From Candidatus Latescibacterota bacterium (lineage in GTDB: Bacteria; Latescibacterota; UBA2968; UBA8231): a stretch of 64,000 nt of DNA. The DNA lies in NCBI GenBank assembly GCA_965248355.1, contig OZ252098.1, forward strand, positions 5,439,662-5,503,661, written 5' to 3'. Positions 31,601 to 43,200 of the stretch are shown here, piece by piece (within the stretch, counting starts at the first letter, position 1; each line of letters begins with the position of its first letter). The notes under the pieces are model-generated. The model worked only from the letters and a program-made list of their open reading frames with translations. It searched no databases and was not told where the DNA came from. Both the position numbers and the translations under genes were made by a program.

Positions 31601-34294
31601 GGCACGGTGACGATCACCGCGGTCAGCAACGATCTGCAGACGCTGGACAAGGAGGTCCGCGTCAACGGGACGACCCGCGCGCCCGGCGTGCCGGTGATCG
31701 GGACCACGCTGACGATCGAGGACGACGACCGCGTGGCGAAGTTGACGCTGAACCCCGAATCCGTGGGCGAGGAGGGGGGGGAGCAGACCGTGACGGTGAC
31801 GGCGACGATCGATCCCCAAAGCAGCACCCGCGACCAGCCGACCGCGGTGATCGTGTCCGTGGCTGGGGGCACGGCGACCGAGGGGACCGACTTTGCGGCG
31901 GTGGATGACTTCCCGGTGACGATCCCGGCCAACGCGCGCTCGGGAGCAGGCACGTTCAACCTGAACGCGGTCGACGACGACGCATTCGAGGAAGACGAGA
32001 CCATCATCGTGAGCGGCGCCCCGTTCACGCAGACGTCGACCGGGGCGACGCTGACGTTGACCGGGGCGACGCTGACGTTGACCGAGAATGACGTGCCGTG
32101 GGTGACGATGGAGAGCACGGAGGCGTCGGTCGAGGAGGGCGGCTCGGTCACGTTGACGCTGACCCGCGAAGGGTCGGTGACGAACCCGCTGACCATCCCC
32201 GGCTCGCTGTTGCGAAGCAGGATCTCGCTCGGCGAGGAGTATCGCGAGCACCCCGTCACCTTCGAGGCGGGCGAAGCGACCGCGACGCTCACCGTGGGGC
32301 CGCCTGATGACGAGGTGTTCTACACGCACCGGCAATTCAATGCCGAACTCGATACAAGCGATCCCCGGATGTTTCGCCTGCGGCGCACTTCTTCACCAGC
32401 GTCACCAGCGGTGTTTATCTCCATCGAGAGCCAGACCTATTTCGCCTTTCCCGTGGACGACGACGACCCGGTGCGGGTTACGATCACGCCGCAGGAAGAC
32501 CCGGTATCCGAAGCGAGCCGGGCCTGCTTTACAGTGTCGACCGACATGGTCTTCAGAACAGGCGTGCCGGCCGAATTGACCTTTGCGGTGACCGCCAGCC
32601 AGCAGGGCGATTTCCTCTCGGAGGCGCCCGGCAGCCACACCGTGACCCTGTCGAACTCGAGGAGTGATGCGAACGCCTCGGAGACGCCCACCCTGTGCCT
32701 GGATCTCGACGACGAGTTCGAAGGAGACGGCTCGGTCACCCTCCAGCTCGGCGAGGGTACCGTCCGGTTGGTCGTGGACAACCAAGAGAGACAGGCGCCC
32801 GACGTGGTAGCGGCCGACGCCACCGTGACCGTGACCGTCTCCGACAATGACGTGCCGTGGGTGACGATTGAGAGCGCCGCGGCGTCGGTCGATGAGGGCG
32901 GCTCGGTCACCTTCACGCTGACCCGCGAAGGGCCGCTGACGGACCCGCTGACCATCCCCGGCTCGCTGTTGCGGAGCAAGATCTTGTTCGGCCATGGGTA
33001 TAGCGGGCACCCCGTCACCTTCGAGGCGGGCGAAGCGACCGCGACGCTCATCGTGGGGCCGCCTGATGACGAGGTGTTCTACACGCACCGGCAATTCAAT
33101 GTCGAACTCGATACAAGCCATCCCTGGATGACCGATCCCCGGAGGTTTCGCCTGCGGGGCGCTTCTTCACCAACGGTGTTTTTCACCGACGAGAGCAGGA
33201 CCCATTTCGCCTTTCCCGTGACCGACGACGACCCGGCGCGGGTTACGATCACGCCGCAGGAAGACCCGGTATCCGAAGCGAGCCGGGCCTGCTTTACCGT
33301 GTCGACCGACGTGGTCTTCAGATTAGGCGTGTCGGCCGAATTGACCTTTGCGGTAGCCGCCAGCCAGCGGGGGGATTTCCTCGCGGAGGCGCCCGGCAGC
33401 CACACCGTGACCCTGTCGAACTCGACGAGTGATCCGAACGCCTCGAAGACGCCCACCCTGTGCCTGGATCTCGACGACGACAACGAGTTCGAAGGAGACG
33501 GCTCGGTCACCCTCCAGCTCGGCGAGGGTACCGTCCGGTTGGTCGTGGACGGCAAAGAGAGAGAGGCGCCCGACGTGGTAGCGGCCGAAGACGGAGCCGG
33601 CGCCGCAACGGTGGGCGTTTTCGATAACGAGATTGCCCAGATGGTGGGGTATCATGAGGGTATATTGCATGTTCTTGCTGCCGGAGAAACAGGGAGACTC
33701 CACTTAACCGAAGACCACGACGTGAGTTTCACCATTCAACGTTGGGGGACGGATGCATTGGGCAATGTCCGCGAGGGGGAGAACTATGTAAACGGTTTCG
33801 ATATTCGGTTTCCCATACCACCCCTCACGGTAAACATCGATGCCCGTATTATATGCTTCAACGGCTTCGACGCGCCTGACTTGCTCGCCGGCCCATTGCC
33901 GACAACGGTGGTGTTCCCTGCCGGCGACGAGGATGGCGTGGAGCAAGACGACCTGTTTGTGCAACAGACACTCATTGAGTTCGTCGATGACGACGTGCTT
34001 GAGTGCGGCAGTTACATTGACGTATCCATCGCTGACGGTCTGTACCGAAGGCGGCCAACTTCCGAATTGGCCGATCCTTCCCATAGGCCGCAGTCTCCAT
34101 ATGCCCTTCTCGAGGTCGCAATAAACGACAATGACCAGCCAACGACTTCCATAACGACCAATAGCGAATCAGTGGAGGAAGGGGAAGACATTGTTCTTAC
34201 CGTGACCCGGCGGGATAACGATATCGTAAGTCCGCTGAACACGACTTTGCGAGTATTTAGAAGCAATAGTAGAAATGTAGGGTTTGACAGTTAG
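28610..34294 (+). pseudogene. Giant Calx-beta/Ig-like adhesin, N-terminal part truncated by IS
   Basis: Signal-like segment (ALVYLIAALVLLAPAGIWS), acidic Thr/Val-rich beta-sandwich repeats, cadherin-like domain near 31100-31400. The TAG stop is created by the IS end. Confidence 0.85.
32087..33630 (+). repeat. Tandem duplication (period 759 bp) within the adhesin
   Basis: AATGACGTGCCGTGGGTGACGAT occurs at 32087 and 32846; near-identical framework. Confidence 0.9.
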
Positions 34295-35590
34295 GCTTTG
34301 TCCCGAAACAGATGATTCACTTCAACCCTCAGTGGCCGGCCGGATCGTGTAGTTCCAATCCCCGTGAAACGCATGGGGCGAGAGATGGATCCGCTCCATC
34401 TGCTCGTCCTTGACGACCACGCCCTTGGGATAGGCTCCCTTGTCGATTTCCGCCCGGACTCGAAGCCCTTTCTGCGTCGTCGTCCGGCCGATCAGGTTGA
34501 CCACCGTGGCCAGACTGACCAGAGGTTGGCCTCGCCAGTTCTTGGCGATATAGGAGAACAGGCGATGCTCGATGCGGTTCCACTTGCTCGTGCCCGGCGG
34601 ATAGTGACAGACCGTGATCGTCAGGCCCGTGCGATCGGCCAAGCGCTGCCATTCCCATTTCCACAGTCGCAGTCTCGGGCCGTTGCTGCCCCCCGCATCG
34701 GCTGTGATCCACAGGCGGGAGGCCGCCGGGTAGGCGGCCCGTCCCATGCGTTTCCACCAGCTGCGGATGGCGTTCACCGCGAACCCGGCGGTGTCGTGGT
34801 CGACCCCGACGCTGACCCAGCCCTCGTTGCGGCTCAGGTCGTAGACCCCGTAGGGAATCGCCTTGCCCTGGGTGGGGATGATGAAGTCGTGGACCTTCAC
34901 GCGCTCCGGATCGCCCTTCGGACGCCAGGCCCGCCCCCCGTTCTTGAAGTTGCCGATCAGTTCCTTCTTCTTGGTGTCCACCGAAATGACCGGCTGGCCT
35001 TGAGCCTGGGCCCTTCGGACCTGGTCGTGGAGGTAGTGAAACGGGGCGTCCCGATCCGGGTGTTGCGTGCCTTCTTTCGTCTTGCGATTCGCCTGCAGCG
35101 TGTAGCCGAGCTCGTGCAACAGTCCGTGGACGAGGCCAGGACTCACCGAATGGCCCAGGGCCTGCAACTCGACCGCCAACTTGCGGATGCTCTTCGACGT
35201 CCATCGCAAGGGGCTGTCGTCCGGCGCCCCGGCGGTGACCGGTTCGAGCAGGGCATTGAGGTCCGACAACAGCGTCACGTCGGTGTCGATGCGCCGCTTG
35301 CGGCCGCCGCCCGGCCGCCGCACACGGCCGGGGTCCAACGGGGCGTCCGACCGCAGTTCCTGCAGGCCGCGAGCGATCCGGGTCCGCGACAGGCCCGTCG
35401 CACGGGCCACCACCGCAATGCCGCCATGTCCCAGGGCTTGCGCCTCGGCGGCGGCCCACAGGCGTCGCGTGCGCTCGTTCAACACCGGCGTCAAGGCTTC
35501 GTATTTCGCCCGCAGGGTGCTTTCCGTGTCCACCCGTCAAGGATAACACCTTTCTATCAGAAAGAACAGCGTTTATTTCTGCGCAGTGCC
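34294..35590 (-). mobile_element. ISAzo13-family insertion sequence, 1297 bp
   Basis: TTA direct repeats at 34291-34293 and 35591-35593; imperfect terminal IRs GGCTTTGTCCCGAAACA / GGCACTGCGCAGAAATA. Confidence 0.9.
34322..35533 (-). CDS. ISAzo13-family DDE transposase
   Basis: LNERTRRLWAA, SPLRWTSKS, ISVDTKKKE, ADAGGSN and GTSKWNRIEHRLF motifs; 403 aa. Confidence 0.93.
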   Translation of the reverse strand: MDTESTLRAKYEALTPVLNERTRRLWAAAEAQALGHGGIAVVARATGLSRTRIARGLQELRSDAPLDPGRVRRPGGGRKRRIDTDVTLLSDLNALLEPVTAGAPDDSPLRWTSKSIRKLAVELQALGHSVSPGLVHGLLHELGYTLQANRKTKEGTQHPDRDAPFHYLHDQVRRAQAQGQPVISVDTKKKELIGNFKNGGRAWRPKGDPERVKVHDFIIPTQGKAIPYGVYDLSRNEGWVSVGVDHDTAGFAVNAIRSWWKRMGRAAYPAASRLWITADAGGSNGPRLRLWKWEWQRLADRTGLTITVCHYPPGTSKWNRIEHRLFSYIAKNWRGQPLVSLATVVNLIGRTTTQKGLRVRAEIDKGAYPKGVVVKDEQMERIHLSPHAFHGDWNYTIRPATEG

Positions 35591-37209
35591 TTATGTCCCT
35601 GGGGGTGAGGAGGTTACCTTTTTTCAATCTTCAATAGGAGTACCATTTGGCCGCAATGTGACGACAGTGATCCGTAGCCTCGAGATACCGGACGACGACG
35701 TAGATGGCGATGTTTTTTTTCTGCATTTTGGTTTTTCTCCACTTGCGGGTGATTACCATATTCCAGACGGGATCCACCCGGTGGTGAGGGTGACGGACGA
35801 CGACGAGCGCGGGGTGACCGTCTCGCCGACGTCGTTGTCGATCCACGAAGGCTCCGAGTCCAGCTACACGGTCAAGCTGGACTCGGAGCCGACCGCGAAC
35901 GTGACCGTGGTGGTCGGCGGGATGGCCGGAACGGACGTGTCGGTGAATCCCGAATCGCTGACGTTCACCAGGAACAAATTGAACGCGAACAACTGGAACG
36001 CGGCGAAGACGATTGCGGTGAGCACCAGGGAGGACGCCGACAAGCTGGCCGACGTGGTGCGCTTGACCCACACGGCCACGGGTGGGGACTACGGCGCCAA
36101 CGGGGCGACGGTCGACCTGGAGGTGACGGTCGAGGAGGACGCGTCGATCAGGCTGACGCTCGACCCGACCTCCGTACCGGAGTCCGCCGGCCACTACGGC
36201 CCGCCGCCGGGCGGGGGCGGTCCTAACGCCTGGAGAGGCGCCACCGTGACGGTGACGGCAACGCTGAATTCGGCCGCGCGGACGGAGGACACGGTGGTGC
36301 GCGTGTCGGTGGCCGGCAATACCGCGAGCACGAGCGACTTACGTCAGGAGGTGGAGCCCTTCGACCTCACGATTCCGGCGAACGCGCAGAGCGGTGAGGC
36401 GCAATTCACCCTGATACCGTTTGACGACAATAGCGCAGAGAGCGATGAGACGTTGACGGTGAGCGGAATGTTGACGGATCCGGTGCCGTGGCTGACGGTG
36501 GAATCGGCGGAGTTGACGTTGGCCGACGACGACGAGGTCTCGGTACTCGTGGAGCCGACGACGCTGGAGATTGACGAAGGTAGCAGCGCGACCTACACCG
36601 TGGCGCTGACCTCGGCGCCGACCGAGGACGTGACGATCAGCATGACGGTGAGCGGCGACAGCGATATCTCCGTACAGCCGGCGTCGCTGACGTTCACGAC
36701 AATAGACTGGCACGTAGCGCCGGTGCGGCCTGTGACGGTGGAAGCGGCGGCGGATGCGGATGCGGCGGCAGGTACGGCGACCATCGCGCACGGTGTGACG
36801 ACCAGTGGAGATTACCACGGGACCGTGGCCGCGTCGGTGACGGTGACCGAAAAGGACAACGATACGGCCTCGACGACCGCGACGCTGAGCGTGTCGCCGT
36901 CGTCGGTGGCGGAACGCGGCGGTGGCCAGGATGTGACGGTGACCGCGACGCTCAATGCGGCGACGCGGACGGAGGACACGGTGGTGCGCGTGTCGGTGGC
37001 CGGCAATACCGCGGGCACCGGCGACTTCCAGGCCGTGGAGTCTTTTGACCTCATGATCCCGGCGAACGCGCAGAGCGGCGAGGTGCCATTCAGGCTGACG
37101 CCGGTGGCCGACGGCGTGATCGAGGAGGATGAGACGGTCACGGTGAGCGGCACGGTACCGGTGTCGTCTGGCCTGACGGTGGAGAGCGCGACGGTGACGA
37201 TTATCGACG

Positions 37210-40200
37210 ACGCGCGCGGGGTGACGGTGTCGCCGACCGAGCTGGACATCCCCGAAGGCGGAAGCGGCACGTACACGGTGGTGCTGACTTCAGAGCCGAC
37301 CGCGGACGTGACGGTGGCGGTGACCACGGACCTCGCGGGCACGGACGTGTCGGTGGACAAGACGAGTCTGACGTTCGCGCCATCGACGTGGAACACCATG
37401 CAAACGGTTGTGATCAGCGCGGCGGACGACAATGATGCGCTGGCGGACGATCCGGTGACGATCACGCACGACGTCAGCGGCGGCGACTACGGTACCGTGA
37501 CCGCAGACCCGGTGAAGGCGACGATCATCGAGAACGACGCGCCGACCCTGTCGATGTCCGGCGTGCGTGCGGATGAAGACGTCGGCGACATGACGTTCAC
37601 GGTGACGCTGAGCGTGGCCAGCAGCCAGACCGTGACAGTGGCCTATGCCACCTCGAACGGAACGGGCGCTGGAGCGGCAACCGCTGGCGAGGACTACACG
37701 CTGACCAATGGCACGCTGACGTTCCCTGCCAACAGCACGGCGTCCCGGACGATCGCGGTTGCGATCACCGACGACGCGGTGGACGAGGGGGGCGACGAGA
37801 CCTACACGGTGGTGCTGGACTCGGAGCCGACCGCGGACGTGGCGGTGACGGTGGCGGTTCCGCAGGACACGGACGTGTCGGTGGACAAGACGAGTCTGAC
37901 CTTCACCGCGGGCAACTGGGACGATGAGCAGACGGTGACGGTCAGTGCGGCCGGGGACGAGGATGCGGTGGTGGATGATGCGGTGACCCTGACGCACACC
38001 GTCAGCAGCACGGGCGACTACAACGGCGAGACCGCCGCGGACGTGGCGGTGACGATCACGGAGACCGACACGCCGACCCTGTCGATGTCCGGCGTGCGTG
38101 CGGATGAAGACGTCGGCGAGACGGTGTTCGAGGTGACCCTGAGCCTGGCCAGCAGCAACCAGGTGAGGGTCCAATACCGCACCTCGGATGGCACCGCGGC
38201 CGCGGGTTCGGACTATACGGAAGCGACGGGGACGCTGACGTTCGAGGCCGGGACCACGACGGCGCAGGAGATTCGCGTGCCGATCACCGACGATGCGGTC
38301 GATGAGGAAGAGGAAGAGACCTTCACCGTGACGCTGCACAGCGCTGCGAGTGCGGATCTGGCCGGCGGCGGGACGACGCTGGCGGCGACCGGGACGATTG
38401 TCGATAACGACGACCCGGCGGTGACGGTGGCGTTTGCGACGGGGACCTACACCGCGACCGAGGGCGGTGCCGCGGCGACGGTGCAGGTGCAGCTGAGCGG
38501 CGACCCGGAGCGGACGGTGGATATTCCATTGACGCATACGCCGGGCACTGGTGCGACAGCGGCGGACTACTCGGGCGTGCCGGCGAGCGTGACCTTCGCC
38601 AGCGGCGAGACCGAAAAGACCTTCGCGGTGACGGCGACTGACGACGACGTGGATGAGGACGAGGAGACCGTGACGCTGGGCTTCGGGACGCGGCCCGATG
38701 GAGTGACGCTGGGCAGCCAGAGCAGTGCGACGGTGACGCTGGCCGACGACGACGCGCGCGGGGTGACGGTGACTCCGACCGCCCTGACGGTGGACGAAGG
38801 AGGCGACGAGACCTACACGGTGGTCCTGGACTCAGAGCCGACCGCAGACGTGGCGGTGACGGTGGCGGTTCCGCAGGACACGGACGTGTCGGTGGACAAG
38901 ACCTCGCTGGCCTTCACGGCCGACAACTGGAACACGGCGCAGACGGTGACGGTCACCGCGGCCGGGGACGAGGATGCGGTGGTGGATGATGCGGTGACCC
39001 TGACGCACACCGTCAGCAGCACGGGCGACTACGCCAGCGAGACCGCCGCGGACGTGGCGGTGACGATCGCGGAGACCGACACGCCGACGTTGAGCATCGC
39101 GGATGAGAGCGTGGCCGAGGATGCCGGCAGCGCGACGTTCACGGTGACCCTGAGCGTGGCCAGCAGCAATGCAGTGACGGTGGCATTCGCCACTTCGAAC
39201 GGAACGGGCGCTGGAGCGGCGACCGCGGGCGAGGACTACACGCTGACCAATGGCACGCTGACGTTCCCTGCGAACAGCACGGCGTCCCGGACGATCGCGG
39301 TTCCGATCACCGACGACGCGGTGGACGAGCCGGATGAAGAGACCTTCACCGTGACGCTGAGCAACGCATCCAATGCGACCCTGGCGGGTGGACAGCCGAC
39401 GCTGGCGGCGACCGGGACGATCACCGACGACGACGAGCGCGGGGTGACCGTGACTCCGACCGCCGTGACGGTGGACGAAGGAGGCGACGAGACCTACACG
39501 GTGGTGCTGGACTCAGAGCCGACCGCGGACGTGGCGGTGACGGTGACGGTTCCGCAGGACACGGATCTGTCATTGGACAAGACCTCGCTGACCTTCACGG
39601 CGGACAACTGGGACGATGAGCAGACGGTGACGGTCACCGCGGCCGGGGACGAGGATGCGCAGGCGGACGATCCGGTGACCCTGACGCACACCGTCAGCAG
39701 CACGGGCGACTACGCCAGCGAGACCGCCGCGGACGTGGCGGTGACGATCGCGGAGAACGACACGCCGACGTTGAGCATCGCGGATGAGAGCGTGGCCGAG
39801 GATGCCGGCAGCGCGACGTTCACGGTGACGCTGAGCGTGGCCAGCAGCAATGCAGTGACGGTGGACTACGCCACCTCGAACGGGACGAGTCCTGAAGCGG
39901 CGACCGCAGGCGAGGACTACACGGAGGCCAACGGCACGCTGACGTTTCCTGCCAACAGCACGACACCGAAAACGATCGCGGTTCCGATCACCGACGACGC
40001 GGTGGACGAGGAAGAGGAAGAGACCTTCACGGTGACGCTGAGCAACGCATCCAATGCGACCCTGGCGGGTGGACAGCCGACGCTGGCGGCGACGGGGACC
40101 ATCACCGACGACGACGAGCGCGGGGTGACCGTGACTCCGACCGCCGTGACGGTGGACGAAGGAGGCGACGAGACCTACACGGTGGTGCTGGACTCAGAGC

Positions 40201-43200
40201 CGACCGCGGACGTGGCGGTGACGGTGACCACCGACCTCGCGGGCACGGACGTGTCGGTGGACGAGACGAGTCTGACCTTCACCGCCGACAACTGGAACGA
40301 TGAGCAGACGGTGACGGTCAGTGCGGCCGGGGACGAGGATGCGGTGGTGGATGAGACAGTAACGCTGACCCATTCGGTGAGCAGCACGGGCGACTACAAC
40401 GGCGAGACCGCCGCGGACGTGGTGGTGACGATCGCGGAGACCGACACGCCGACGTTGAGCATCGCGGATGAGAGCGTGGCCGAGGATGCCGGCAGCGCGA
40501 CGTTCACGGTGACGCTGAGCGTGGCCAGCAGCAATGCAGTGACGGTGGACTACGTCACCTCGAACGGGACGAGTCCTGAAGCGGCGACCGCGGGCGAGGA
40601 CTACACGCTGACCAATGGCACGCTGACGTTCCCTGCGAACAGCACGGCGTCCCGGACGATCGCGGTTGCGATCACCGACGACGCGGTGGACGAGGCGGAT
40701 GAAGAGACCTTCACGGTGACGCTGAGCAACGCATCCAATGCGACCCTGGCGGGCGGACAGCCGACGCTGGCGGCGACGGGGACCATCACCGATGACGACG
40801 CGCGCGGGGTGACCGTGACTCCGACCGCCGTGACGGTGACGGTGACCACCGACCTCGCGGGCACGGACGTGTCGGTGGACGAGACGAGTCTGACCTTCAC
40901 CGCGGGCAACTGGGACGATGAGCAGACGGTGACGGTCTCCGCGGCCGAGGACAACGACGCGGTGGTGGATGCGACAGTAACACTGACCCATTCGGTGAGC
41001 AGCACGGGCGACTACAACGGCGAGACCGCCGCGGACGTGGCGGTGACGATCGCGGAGACCGACACGCCGACCCTGTCGATGTCAGGCGTGCGTGCGGATG
41101 AGGATATTGGCGAGATGGTGTTCGAGGTGACGCTGAGCTTGGCCAGCAGCAACCAGGTGAGGGTCCAATACCGCACCTCGGAGGGCACGGCGACCGCAGG
41201 TTCGGACTACACGGAGAAGACCGGGACGCTGACGTTCCCTGCCAACAGCACGGTGTCACAGACGGTCCGCGTGTCGATAGCGAATGACGACGTGGACGAG
41301 CCGGACGAGGAGACTTTCACGGTGACGCTGAGCAGCGCATCCAATGCGACCCTGGCGGGTGGACAGTCGACGCTGGCGGCGACCGGGACCATCACCGATG
41401 ACGACGCGCGCGGGGTGACGGTGACTCCGACCGCCCTGACGGTGGACGAAGGGGGCGGCGAGACCTACACGGTGGTGCTGGACTCAGAGCCGACCGCGGA
41501 CGTGACGGTGACGGTGACCACGGACCTCGCGGACACGGATCTGTCATTGGACAAGACCTCGCTGACCTTCACCGCGGACAACTGGAGTACGGCGCAGACG
41601 GTGACGGTCACCGCGGCCGGGGACGAGGATGCGGTGGTGGATGAGACAGTAACGCTGACCCATTCGGTGAGCAGCACGGGCGACTACAACGGCGAGACCG
41701 CCGCGGACCTGGCGGTGACGATCGTCGAGGACGACACACCGACGCTGTCGATTGCCAACCGAAGCGCGACGGAGTCTGCCGGGACGATGGTGTTCACCGT
41801 GACGCTGAGCGTGGCCAGCAGCCAGACCGTGACAGTGGCCTATGCCACCTCGAACGGAACGGGCGCTGAAGCGGCGACCGCAGGCGAGGACTACACGGAG
41901 GCCAACGGCACGCTGACGTTTCCTGCCAACAGCACGACACCGAAAACGATCGCGGTTCCGATCACCGACGACGCGGTCGATGAGGAAGAGGAAGAGACCT
42001 TCACGCTGACGCTGAGCAACGCATCCAATGCGACCCTGGCCGGGGCCCAGGCGACGCTGGCGGCGACCGGGACGATCACCGACGACGACGCGCGCGGGGT
42101 GACGGTGAGTCCGACCGCCCTGACGGTGGACGAAGGGGGCGACGAGACCTACACGGTGGCGCTGGACTCGGAGCCGACCGCGGACGTGACGGTGACGGTG
42201 ACGGTTCCGACAGGGACAGATGTATCCGTAGATAAAACGAGTCTGACATTCACATCGAGCACCTGGAACACAGCGCAGACGGTGACGGTCAGCGCGGTTG
42301 AGGACGCCGACGCGGCCACGGATGCGGCCGTGACGATCACCCACACAGTCGGCAGCACGGGCGACTACAACGGCGAGACCGCCGCGGACGTGGCGGTGAC
42401 GATCGCGGAGACCGGCACCCCGGCGCCCGCGTTGACGCTGGCGTTCGAAGCGGCGGCCCACAATGACGTGGATGCGTCGGGCGACGTGACGCTGAGCGAT
42501 GTGCTGACCTACACGGCCACGGCGACCAACAGCGGCAACGTGCCGCTGGCGGAGGTGACGGTCAGCGACCTGCTGGTGAACGCCGGCGGAGTGGAATGCG
42601 CCTCGCTGGACCTGGGCGGGGAATGCGAGCTGACCGGCGATTACACGGTGACGCAGGCGGACGTGGACGCCGGCGAGGTGACCAACACGGCGGCCGCGGT
42701 TGCCAGTGGGGTGAGCGAACAGACGGCGAGCCGGACGACCGAAGTGGCGCAGGATAAGGCGTTGACGCTGGCGAAGACGGCGACGACGGGGAGTTTTGGC
42801 AGCGTCGGGGACCGGATCGCCTACAGCTACGAGGCGACCAACAGCGGCACCGTGACCTTGACGGGCGCATTGACGATCGCGGACGACAGGATTCCTGCTT
42901 CGGGGATCACCTGCCCCGCGGTTCCCGCGGCCGGTCTCGGTCCCGGGGCGAGCGTGACCTGCGCCGGTTCCTACACCGTGGTGCAGGCGGACGTGGATGC
43001 GTCGCAGGTGACGAACAAGGCCACGGCGATGCTCGACGGGATGCAATCGAACGAAGCGACGGCCACGGTGCAGCGGCCGCAGGTCGCAGGGGAGGCGCCG
43101 ACGGTATCGGTGGGGGGGATCTCCAGCCCGGAGGATGCGGGCCATCTGGATTTCGCGGTGACGCTGGACAAGGCGAGCGCGCAGACGGCGACGGTGGTGT

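Noticed and set aside
32087..33630. Possible diversity-generating retroelement TR/VR pair
   Set aside because: The differences I compared are not adenine-specific, include indels, and no reverse transcriptase is present in the window.
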